Assembly (NCBI GenBank): GCA_963727005.1
Contig: CAVSEO010000005.1
Span: forward strand, 412,923 to 476,922
DNA length: 64,000 nucleotides
Origin: an uncultured Chloroflexia bacterium
Lineage (GTDB): Bacteria > Chloroflexota > Limnocylindria > Limnocylindrales > CSP1-4
Direction of reading: 5' to 3'
Below the pieces are notes generated by a model. It worked only from the letters and a program-made list of their open reading frames with translations. It had not been told where the DNA came from and did not search any database. The translations under genes and the position numbers were made by a program. Numbering within the stretch: the stretch's first letter is position 1; each line of letters begins with the position of its first letter. This document shows, piece after piece, positions 55,627-64,000 of this stretch.

Positions 55627-56703
55627 GCGGGATTCCGGGAACCCTCGACTCCATCCCGATCCTGGGGATCCTTTTCCAGTTCCTCGGCTACGCCCTGGCG
55701 AACCTGGAGTTCATCTCCAACACGACCGTTGCCGTCGCCGTCCCGATCACGCTGGCCGCCCTGTGCGGGGTTCTGTGTGAGCGGTCCGGCGTGGTCAACA
55801 TCGGGATCGAGGGAATCATGCTCACGGCCGCCTTCGTGGGCTGGTTCATCGCCGCTCTCGCGGCAAACGCGCTCGGCACAGGAACTCCCACGCCGTATTT
55901 CGGCGTCACCCTGCCCCTCGTCATCGGGCTGGCCGCGGCGATCGCGGCGGGAATGCTCGTCGCCCTCCTGCACGCCTGGCTGGCCGTTACGCTCCGGATA
56001 GACCAGATCATCAGCGGCACGATCATCAACATCGGCGCGGCCGGTTTCACGGGGTACATGTACAGCTTGATCGCGTCGCAGTCCCTGGTGGGCGCCGGCA
56101 GCTTCAGCAAACTCGTGGTCCCCGCATGAGGTCGAGGGCGTGCCGATCGTCGGCTGGCTGCTGAACGCGGTGATCGGCCAGGGTCCCATCGGGATCACCA
56201 CGCTCGTGATCGTCGTGATGCTCCAGATCATGCTCTTCCGGTCGCGCTGGGGACTTCGAACGCGGGCCTCCGGCGAGCACCCTCGTGCGGCGGAGACGGT
56301 CGGGATCGACGTCGTCTGGCTGCGCTACCGCAACGTCGTGGCGTCCGGCGCCCTGGCCGCGCTCGGCGGAGCCTGGCTGAGCATGGAGCAGACCGGCGGA
56401 TTCAACGCCGGCATGACCCAGGGCCGAGGTTTCATCGGCCTGGCCGCAATGATCGTCGGGCGGTGGACGCCGGTCGGGGCATTCGGGGCGGCCCTTCTCT
56501 TCGCCTCGGTCACCGGCCTCAGCCAGTCCATAACGATCTCCCGCCCAACCGGGGACCTCGGCAACTTGATGAACCCGGTACCGGGCGAATTCTGGGAGGC
56601 GCTGCCCTACATCATCACGATCGTAGTGCTGGCCGGGCTGATCGGTCGCAGCATCGCCCCGGCCGCCGACGGCCAGCCGTACGAGCGGGAGTCTGCCAGC
56701 TAG
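55623..56703 (+). CDS. nupC: Nucleoside ABC permease, frameshift near 56125
   Basis: ERSGVVNIGIEG, DQIISGT, GEHPRAAETVGI and GRGFIGLAAMIVG motifs. Confidence 0.9.
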
Positions 56704-56721
56704 AGGCGACGAGACCGGGGC

Positions 56722-57593
56722 TCAACGATCGGCGACGAGGGATGGGTAGAAGTTGGCCTTGCCGGCCGCTTCCTTGCGGCGGCGCCATTCGTCGAGGATG
56801 ACCACCGCCTCGTTGGCGGCGCTATGGCCCGCTCCTCCGCGCCGTTGTCGCCGAAGGCGTTCGTGACCCGGTTCGCGACCGCTCCCAGGATGGCGCCGCT
56901 GCGCATGCCGAACAGGCGAGCCAGGACGAAGAGGGCAGAGCACTCCATCTCCAGGCAGACGACCCCGGCCTTGCCCAGGTCGTCGATCAGGCCATCGGCC
57001 GATGACTGCCAGAAACCTCCGGTGACGGGCCTTTCCTGACCGACGTAGAAGGAGCCGACGCTGCAGACGATGCCGGTGTGGTAGCGGTAGCCGAGCCTCT
57101 CGCAGGCCTCCACCAGGGCCATGTAGACCTCAGGATCGGCGAACGCGGGATGCTCGAGCGGGAGGTAACGATCGGCCGTGCCGTCGCGCCGGACCGCGGC
57201 CACCGGCACTATCAGATCGCCCGGCGCTATCTCCTCGCGCAGTGCCCCGCAGGTCCCCACGCGGATGATCGTCCGGCCGCCGATCGTGGCGAACTCGTGG
57301 GTCGCGATCTCCAGGCTGGGCGCGCCGACGCCGCTCGAGATCGCGCCGATGGGCACGCCCTTGAAGGTGCCGGCGGCGGAACGGTACTCCCGGTGATAGG
57401 CGAGCTCGCGGGCGTCCTCCCAGGTCGCGGCCATCCGGAGAACGCGGTCGGGGTCGCCCGGCATCAGGATCGTCGCGGGTATCTGTCCGGAGCTGAGGTG
57501 CAGGTGGTACTGTGCTCCCGCCTCGTTCGTGGGAGCATCGGCACGACGCGTGGCAGGACCGCCCGGAGATGGTTTCCGTCCGGTAGTCGCCAT
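56722..57593 (-). CDS. udp: Uridine phosphorylase-like nucleoside phosphorylase, frameshift near 56830
   Basis: QYHLHL, MPGDPDRV, HREY, SSGVGAPS, RVGTCGA and LEMECSAL motifs. Confidence 0.88.
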
Positions 57594-57685
57594 CGGTGGT
57601 CTCCCTCCTGCGTCGTTTCTGGAACCGTTCACGCAGACGCTATCACTACTGCCGGACGGGCTTCGCAATCCATGGAGGAAGCGCC

Positions 57686-58145
57686 GTGACTGGCGAGATC
57701 GAGCGGCTCGACAGGACCGCGGCGGCCTCTCGTCTGGCCGAGTTTCCGGCCTTGATCGATGTGGCTCTCCGGGTCCAACGCAACGCCCGGGCGCCGTACT
57801 CGCATTTTGCCGTGGGTGCGGCCGTCCTGGCCGGCAGCGGCGCCATCTTCGCAGGCTGCAACGTGGAGTCGGCCTCGTACGGGGCCACGATCTGCGCCGA
57901 GAGAAGCGCGCTGGTGGCGGCCGTGGCCGCCGGCGAGACTTCGGTGTCGGGCCGTCGTCGTGGTGACTCCGACCCCGGAGCCGTCGACTCCGTGCGGGAT
58001 CTGCCGCCAGCTGATGGCGGAATTCGGCCCCGACGTCATCGTCCTGGCTGCCTCGAGCGTCTCGGACGTGGTCCTTGTGGCGACTCTGGGCGCCCTGCTT
58101 CCTCATTCGTTCGGCGCCTCCAACCTGGACGAAGCGGCCCGATGA
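57686..58145 (+). CDS. cdd: Cytidine deaminase (tetrameric type), frameshift near 57950
   Basis: APYSHFAVGAA, GCNVESASYGATICAE and PCGICRQ motifs. Confidence 0.9.
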
Positions 58146-59023
58146 GCGAAGCGAAAGAGGCCGAGTCGTTCGTCCTCGGTCGCGAGATTCCCCCGGCCGA
58201 ACAGCCCGATCGCCTGGCGGCCCTCGAGAACGCGATACGACTCCGGACGGGCCTTCGGCCAAGGGTGGGGCTGGTGCTGGGATCCGGGCTGGGAGGCCTG
58301 GCAGACGCCGTCGAGGTGGAGTCCGCCTTCTCCTTCTCGGAGCTGCCGGGCTGGCCGCCGGCCACGGCGCCCGGACACGCAGGCCGCCTGATCCTGGGCC
58401 ACCTGGCCGGCGTACCGGTGGTCGTTCAGCAGGGGCGCTTCCATCTGTACGAGGGCCACTCCCCGGGTTTCGTGGTCCAGCCAGTTCTGCTGATGCGCCG
58501 CCTGGGAGCGGACACCCTGGTGCTGACCAACGCCGCGGGTGGCGTCAACCCGGCCTTCGGCGCCGGGACGCTCATGATCATCGCCGATCACCTCAACCTG
58601 ACCGGCCGCCACCCGCTCACCGGGCCGAACGCCGATTCGCTCGGCACGCGGTTCCCGGACATGACCGGCGTCTGGGATTCCGATCTCCGCGCCCGCCTGC
58701 GCAGGGCAGGGGAGGCCCAGGATGTGGCCCTCGCCGAGGGCGTGTACGCCTGCCTGAGCGGCCCCAGCTACGAGACTCCCGCCGAGGTGCGCATGCTCCG
58801 GGGTCTCGGGGCGGACGCGGTGGGGATGTCCACGGCTCTCGAGGCGGTCGCGGCGCGGTGGGCCGGGCTTCGAGTCTGCGGCGTCTCCCTGGTGACCAAT
58901 CCCGGGGCAGGGTTGACAGCGTCGGAACTCAGCCACGCCGAGGTCATCGCCGCGGCCGCGACGGCGGGTCCGCGATTGTCGCGCGTGATCGCCCGCTTCG
59001 TCGAGGATCTGGGCACGGCCTGA
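58142..59023 (+). CDS. punA: Purine nucleoside phosphorylase (trimeric type)
   Basis: LVLGSGLG, GHAGRL, GRFHLYEG, LTNAAGG, GPSYET.AE and VGMST motifs. Confidence 0.94.
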   Translation: MSEAKEAESFVLGREIPPAEQPDRLAALENAIRLRTGLRPRVGLVLGSGLGGLADAVEVESAFSFSELPGWPPATAPGHAGRLILGHLAGVPVVVQQGRFHLYEGHSPGFVVQPVLLMRRLGADTLVLTNAAGGVNPAFGAGTLMIIADHLNLTGRHPLTGPNADSLGTRFPDMTGVWDSDLRARLRRAGEAQDVALAEGVYACLSGPSYETPAEVRMLRGLGADAVGMSTALEAVAARWAGLRVCGVSLVTNPGAGLTASELSHAEVIAAAATAGPRLSRVIARFVEDLGTA

Positions 59024-59075
59024 GGCAGTATCGGCAGTCCGGGACGGCACGCGGCCGGCTGCCGTTGAGATCTGG

Positions 59076-59115
59076 CGGGGCGCCGGACCCTTGGGGGGCA
59101 AGGAACGGCGCCCCG
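59076..59115. terminator. Inverted repeat between convergent punA and ssb
   Basis: CGGGGCGCCG ... CGGCGCCCCG 10-bp arms. Confidence 0.5.
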
Positions 59116-59122
59116 AGGGAAG

Positions 59123-59602
59123 CTACGCCAGAACGAGGGCCTGCTCGTCCTCGCCCGAGGCATCGGCTCCGGTCTCTTCGGGGGAGTTGTCCGCCGATTC
59201 GTCCGTGTCGGTGACGTTGCCGTCCGCCGGACCGGCTTCGCCGGAGGCCTCGGCCTGGCTATTGAGCGACTCCGCCTCGTAGTCCCGCTTGCGGCGGCCC
59301 GAGAGCATCTCGACAGAGGTGGCCACCACCTCCGTCTTCCAGTGGCGCGCTCCGCGGTCGTCGTCCCACTGGCGGGTCTGCAGCCGGCCCTCGACGGCGA
59401 CCTGCTGGCCCTTGCCGAGGTACTGGCCACAGACCTGGGCAAGGCGGTCCCAGACCACGACGTTGTGGTACTCGGCGTGCTCCTTGCCGTTGCCCCGGAA
59501 CTCGTTGGTCGCCACCGCGAAGGTGGCCACGGATGAACCGCTGGCCAGCGATCGCAGCTCCGGATCGCGGGTCAATCGGCCGGTAAGAAGGACCTTGTTC
59601 AC
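59123..59602 (-). CDS. ssb: Single-stranded DNA-binding protein lacking the canonical C-terminal acidic/PF tip
   Basis: NKVLLTGRLTRDPELR and GQQVAVEGRLQTRQW; protein ends EQALVLA. Confidence 0.92.
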   Translation of the reverse strand: MNKVLLTGRLTRDPELRSLASGSSVATFAVATNEFRGNGKEHAEYHNVVVWDRLAQVCGQYLGKGQQVAVEGRLQTRQWDDDRGARHWKTEVVATSVEMLSGRRKRDYEAESLNSQAEASGEAGPADGNVTDTDESADNSPEETGADASGEDEQALVLA

Positions 59603-59797
59603 GGTCCCAACTCCTCTTCATGCGCCGCTCGATGACGGCGTTTCTCTGTGACGGCGGGTGACCGAACCCTACTCACACCCGATCAACCGCGGCTCATCCA
59701 AGGCTTATGCGGCAGCGCATACTCAGTGTTAGCCGACCGGGCTCGAAGACCGAGAGACACTCGCGCGCGGCCGGATGCACTGGAGGAGGGGTCGATC

Positions 59798-60458
59798 ATG
59801 GAGAGCGAAGCGGGCGACAGCCCGAACGCAGGCCCGACGGTCGATCCGAGGGACCGAAGCCTCCTCGCGCTCCTGGAGATCGGGGCCGCGGCAGTTCTCA
59901 TCGGTTCGTTCTTCGTGCCGTGGCTGGCGCCTTCAGAACCCAGATCCTGGACGGGGATCTCGTGGGGCGGCTCGGCCGGCGCGCTGACAACGCCGGACCT
60001 TCTGATTCCCTTCGCGACGCTGCTGGCGATCGTGGTCACCTCGCCGGCCTGGCGTTTCCGGCGCGTGGGGCAAAGATCGCGATCCTGGTCGCGTTCGCGG
60101 CGGCGTCCTACGGAGCGATCCTGCAATTCCAGGACGTTCTATCCGGTGAGCTACTACAACTACCTCGTGCCGCCGACCGCAGGGGTCGGACTCTGGCTCT
60201 TCACCGGGACCGCCGCTGCGGGTGTCGTGCTGGCCGTGGTGGATCTCGTGCGGGGCGGCAATTCGACGCTTCGTGTGGCGCGCCATCAGAAGACCGTCCG
60301 TGAAGCGATACGGCCCCATGGTGGCCTACGTCGTGATGCTGCTGATCACCTTGCCGGTGGCCCTATTCCCGATGGACCCGTCGTGGTGGATCTACGTCTG
60401 GTTGGCTGCGCTGCTGATGCTGCCGCTGTGGGTGGTTCGAGCCAGAAGGGCAACGTGA
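59798..60458 (+). CDS. Orphan multi-pass membrane protein, frameshifted
   Basis: SD GGAGGAGG; about 6 hydrophobic segments recoverable across frames; no family recognised. Confidence 0.6.
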
Positions 60459-60620
60459 CCTGGTCCGAAATCCGAGACGGTAGCAGCGCTGGCCGCTAGA
60501 CCCGTTTGCGGCCGAGCGGTGCCCGGGTCGGCAGCGAGGGCGTGCCTTCGGCGACGCTCCGCGGGGTCCGCGCTATGCTGGCCCGGGCCGGGTCACGATC
60601 GTGACGGCCGCGTCTCGGAG

Positions 60621-61673
60621 GTGGTCGAAGTAGCTGCACGGCGGGAAGTCACGACCTGGATCGGCCGCGCGATAGCGTTGGGCGCAGTGCTGGCGCTGGG
60701 CGCGGCTTGCTCCTCGGGCGCCGCCACACCGACGCCGGCGAGCCTCGGCGGAAGCAGCCCGGTCGCATCGGTAGCCGCGCCGGCGACGGCAATGCCGGCC
60801 GGATCATGCGCTTGCTCGACGCCGGCTTCGTCCGGGACGGTCGTGGCCTGGGGCGACGACAGCTCCGGCCAGGCGACCGTGCCGGCCGGCCTCACCGGGG
60901 TCGTGGCCGTTGCGGCGGGAGACGAGTTCAGCCTGGCATTGAAGTCCGATGGGACGGTTGTCGGCTGGGGAGCGAACGACGTCGGCGAGACCAGCATCCC
61001 GGCCGCCGCCACGGCCATCAAGGAGATCTCGGCCGGCAGCGCCTTCTCGCTTGCCCTGAAGCAAGACGGAACGGTGGTCGGTTGGGGCGACAACACGGAC
61101 GGCCAGGCGACCGTCCCCGCCGGCCTCAACGGCGTCGTCCAGATTTCGGCCCGCGGCAGCCACGCCCTGGCGCTCAAATCGGACGGAACGGTCGTGGCCT
61201 GGGGCTCGGACGCGAACGGCGAGATCGACGTCCCGGCCGGCCTCAAGAGCGTGATCCAGGTCTCGGCCGGGTACGACTACAGCCTGGCGCTGAAATCGGA
61301 TGGAACGGTCGTGGCCTGGGGCGACAAGACCGTGACCGACCAGCCGAGCGGCGTGACCAAGGTTCCCGCCGGTCTGGCCGGCGTCGCGAAGATCTCGGCG
61401 GGCTACTACCACAACCTCGCCCTCGAGCTGGGTGGCACGGTCGTCGCCTGGGGTACCAACGACTCGGGCCAGACCGCGGTCCCATCCGGTCTTTCCGGGG
61501 TCATGGCCGTGGCTTCCGGTGGCAACTTCAGCGTCGCCCTCAAGTCCGACGGGACGGTGGTCGCGTGGGGCGGAAACGAGTCAGGTCAGACGACCGTGCC
61601 GTCCGGTCTGTCGAACGTGAAAGCCATCGATGCCGGCGGCAGCCATGCTCTGGCGGTAGTCGGCCAACCCTGA
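60621..61673 (+). CDS. Lipoprotein with seven ~40-aa RCC1/BLIP-II repeats (start approximate)
   Basis: Lipobox LGAAC, Ser/Pro/Ala linker, then 7 repeats of the type TVVAWGxNxxGQxxVPxGLxxVxxIxAGxxHSLALKSDG. Confidence 0.88.
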   Translation: MVEVAARREVTTWIGRAIALGAVLALGAACSSGAATPTPASLGGSSPVASVAAPATAMPAGSCACSTPASSGTVVAWGDDSSGQATVPAGLTGVVAVAAGDEFSLALKSDGTVVGWGANDVGETSIPAAATAIKEISAGSAFSLALKQDGTVVGWGDNTDGQATVPAGLNGVVQISARGSHALALKSDGTVVAWGSDANGEIDVPAGLKSVIQVSAGYDYSLALKSDGTVVAWGDKTVTDQPSGVTKVPAGLAGVAKISAGYYHNLALELGGTVVAWGTNDSGQTAVPSGLSGVMAVASGGNFSVALKSDGTVVAWGGNESGQTTVPSGLSNVKAIDAGGSHALAVVGQP

Positions 61674-61704
61674 GCGCTGTAGCAACGAGTCTGACGGAGG
61701 ACCA

Positions 61705-62504
61705 ATGACTGACATCCGAGCCCGACTGGCCAATCGTGCGCCGCTGGATATGGCCGAGCCTGGACGAGCGGGCGCTCATGGGCTGCATCGACCATTCGAT
61801 TCTCCGCCCGGAACTGACCAGGGCCGAAGTCGAGGCGGCGATCGATGTCGCCATCGAATGGCAGACGGCGACTATCTGCTGCCGTCCCGCCGATCTCGAG
61901 CTTGTCGTGAAGAGACTGCGCGGCACCGCCGTCGGTCCGACGACCGTCATCGGGTTTCCGCACGGTGCCCACACTTCTCAGATCAAGGAGAAGGAAGCAC
62001 TCCTGGCCGTCGATCAGGGTGCGGTCGAACTGGATGTCGTGGTCAACATCGGGGCCCTCCGGGCCGGCGATCTCAGGATTCGTCCGCGACGAATTGGCGG
62101 GCATCTGCTATGCCGTTGCCCCGACTCCGGTCAAGGTGATCCTGGAGACGGCTTACCTGACTCCCGAACAGGTCGAGGCGGGTTGCAGGACCGTGGTCGA
62201 GGCCCGAGGCTCGTTCGTGAAGAACGGCACGGGCTACTCACCTCGCGGCGCCGAGCCGAACGAGATCGCTCTCATGCGCCGGGTCGTGGGCGATCGAATC
62301 GGCGTCAAGGCCGCCGGAGGCGTTCGAACACTCGACGCGATGCTGGGAATGCTGGCCGCGGGAGCCTGCCGCGTAGGCGCGACCGCTACGCCCGCGATCG
62401 GTGCCGAGTGGCGCGCTCGCGGTCCCGAGGCCCTCGCCGCGGCCATCGTCGCGCGACCGGCCGGGGCCCCCACTGCCGGGCCCGCGGCGAGCGAGGACGA
62501 GTAG
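61705..62504 (+). CDS. deoC: Deoxyribose-phosphate aldolase, frameshifted
   Basis: VIGFPHG, ELDVVVNIG, VKVILET, FVKNGTG and GVKAAGGVRT motifs. Confidence 0.88.
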
Positions 62505-62557
62505 GGCGGAGCCGGGCGGGCGCCTGGCGGGTCGGTCCTGGTTCGGGCTCTGCCGCC

Positions 62558-62760
62558 TGCTATACTGCCGTGGTCCCGGGGTCGGAGGACCCCCGGGTCC
62601 CGCCCCAGATATCGCCAAGGAGTGCACGTTGCCCCAGGAAGGCGTGCAGTTCGCCCCGTGAGACGAACCACCACCTTCGCTCCCCCCGGAGCCGCCGCAG
62701 CTCCAACGGAGGGGCAGTCTACCCAGGTCCCCGGCCGGCCGGCCGAGGGCTTTTTAGTTT
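62558..62760 (+). promoter_or_regulatory. purA promoter (extended -10 TGC-TATACT) and attenuator-like leader with intrinsic terminator
   Basis: TATACT at 62561-66; terminator stem 62727-62750 followed by TTTTTAGTTT, about 55 nt before the purA start. Confidence 0.6.
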
Positions 62761-62812
62761 CCCGGAGGTCCATGCGCCGGTTCGGCCTGGCATACGAGCG
62801 AGGGGAAGTACG

Positions 62813-64000
62813 TTGACCGCGACCGTGATCGTCGGCCTGCAGTGGGGCGACGAAGGCAAGGGCAAGACCACCGACTTCCTGGCCGAGGACGTCTCCGCCG
62901 TCGTTCGGTACCAGGGCGGCGACAACGCCGGCCACACGATCATGCTGGGCCAGGAGGTCTTCAAGCTCCACCTCGTCCCATCGGGCGTGCTCTACCCGCA
63001 CATCACCCCGATCATCGGCAACGGCGTCGTCGTCAATCCGGCCACCCTGATCGCCGAGCTGGAGATGCTGGCTTCGCGCGGCATCGAGGTGGACCGCGTT
63101 CGCGTGAGCAAGCACGCTCACGTGATCATGCCCTACCACATCGCCCTGGACGGGGCCATGGAGGCCCGCCTGGCCAACGCCGCCGTGGGGACGACGAGAC
63201 GAGGAATCGGCCCGGCCTACGCCGACCGCGCCTGGCGAATCGGAATCCGGATGGAGGATCTTCTGGATGGGCCGGCGCTGCGTGGCAAGCTCGCGCGGAT
63301 CCTGCCCGAGAAGAACGCCACGCTCCAGCGCCAGCATCGCGTCGACGGCTTCGACCTCGACGAGCTGGTCGCCCAGGCGGTCGAATGGGGCCGCCGGCTG
63401 GCACCCCATCTGGCCGACACGACCCAGCTCGTGCAGGAACGCCTCGCCCGCGGCGATCATCTGCTGTTCGAAGGCGCGCAGGGCGCGCTGCTCGATCTCG
63501 ACCACGGCAGCTATCCCTTCGTGACCTCCTCGAACCCGATCGCGGGCGGAGCATGCACGGGCGGAGGGCTCGGGCCGCTCCAGGTCGACGAGGTCATCGG
63601 GGTCATGAAGGCCTACGCCACGCGCGTGGGGGCGGGGCCGTTCCCGACCGAGCTGACGGACGCGATCGGCGAGGGGATCACCGATCGGGGTCGCGAGTTC
63701 GGCACTACCACGGGCCGCCGCCGCCGGGTCGGCTGGTTCGACGCCGTGCCGCTCCGCTATGCGGTGGCCGTGAACAGCGTCAGCTCGATCATGCTCAACA
63801 AGATCGACATTCTGTCCGGGCTGGACGAGGTCCTCATCTGCATGGCCTACGAAGTCGACGGCAAGCGGGTCGAGTGGTGGCCTTCGGACGCCGACATCCT
63901 TGCCCGGGCGACTCCGATATACGAGCGTTTCCCCGGCTGGACCGAACCGTTGCACGACTGCCGGTCGATGAGCGACCTGCCGGAGAACGCCCGGCGCTAC
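62813..64000 (+). CDS. purA: Adenylosuccinate synthetase (partial, runs off the window)
   Basis: TTG start; GLQWGDEGKGK, RYQGGDNAGHT, LHLVPSG, GIGPAY, FEGAQG, TRVGAGPFPTE and GTTTGRRRRVGWFD motifs. Confidence 0.97.
   Translation, partial: MTATVIVGLQWGDEGKGKTTDFLAEDVSAVVRYQGGDNAGHTIMLGQEVFKLHLVPSGVLYPHITPIIGNGVVVNPATLIAELEMLASRGIEVDRVRVSKHAHVIMPYHIALDGAMEARLANAAVGTTRRGIGPAYADRAWRIGIRMEDLLDGPALRGKLARILPEKNATLQRQHRVDGFDLDELVAQAVEWGRRLAPHLADTTQLVQERLARGDHLLFEGAQGALLDLDHGSYPFVTSSNPIAGGACTGGGLGPLQVDEVIGVMKAYATRVGAGPFPTELTDAIGEGITDRGREFGTTTGRRRRVGWFDAVPLRYAVAVNSVSSIMLNKIDILSGLDEVLICMAYEVDGKRVEWWPSDADILARATPIYERFPGWTEPLHDCRSMSDLPENARRY

Noticed and set aside
62700-62730. Purine riboswitch suggested by GTCTACC
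   Set aside because: No P2/P3 loops with the TATGG/CCGTAAA kissing motifs; kept only as part of the unassigned purA leader.

Overview
High-GC bacterial chromosomal window. Gene content and style suggest a peptidoglycan-containing Chloroflexota, possibly Ca. Limnocylindria-like; this is inference, not verified. Many genes carry 1-bp frameshifts, consistent with an unpolished long-read assembly, so several boundaries are approximate. In order, the window contains: (1) a dcw cluster, rsmH(3')-small ORF-ftsL-ftsI-murF-mraY-murD-ftsW-murG-murB-ddl-ftsQ-ftsA-yjbQ-ftsZ-yggS-yggU, lacking murE and murC; (2) tRNA-Val(CAC) followed by iorA-iorB-paaK-ACT; (3) yciI-like gene, aldo/keto reductase and acnA; (4) a DUF2520 oxidoreductase, an orphan ORF and a NUDIX hydrolase; (5) gcvT-H-PA-PB; (6) two peptide ABC systems, each with a tandem pair of binding proteins; (7) a split glutaminase/NadE NAD synthetase and rsmI; (8) a nucleoside scavenging region (BMP ABC transporter, udp-like, cdd, punA, deoC) interrupted by an atypical ssb, an orphan membrane protein and a 7-repeat BLIP-II-like lipoprotein; (9) the 5' part of purA. 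No CRISPR array, transposase, integrase or phage gene was seen. The most interesting signals are non-coding or small: a leader with the SAM-I-clan P3 core but no methionine-recognition elements ahead of a PanG-like gene; an attenuator-like purA leader with two uORFs; a perfect LexA-type box plus an 18-bp palindrome upstream of ftsZ; and two orphan small ORFs with strong expression signals.
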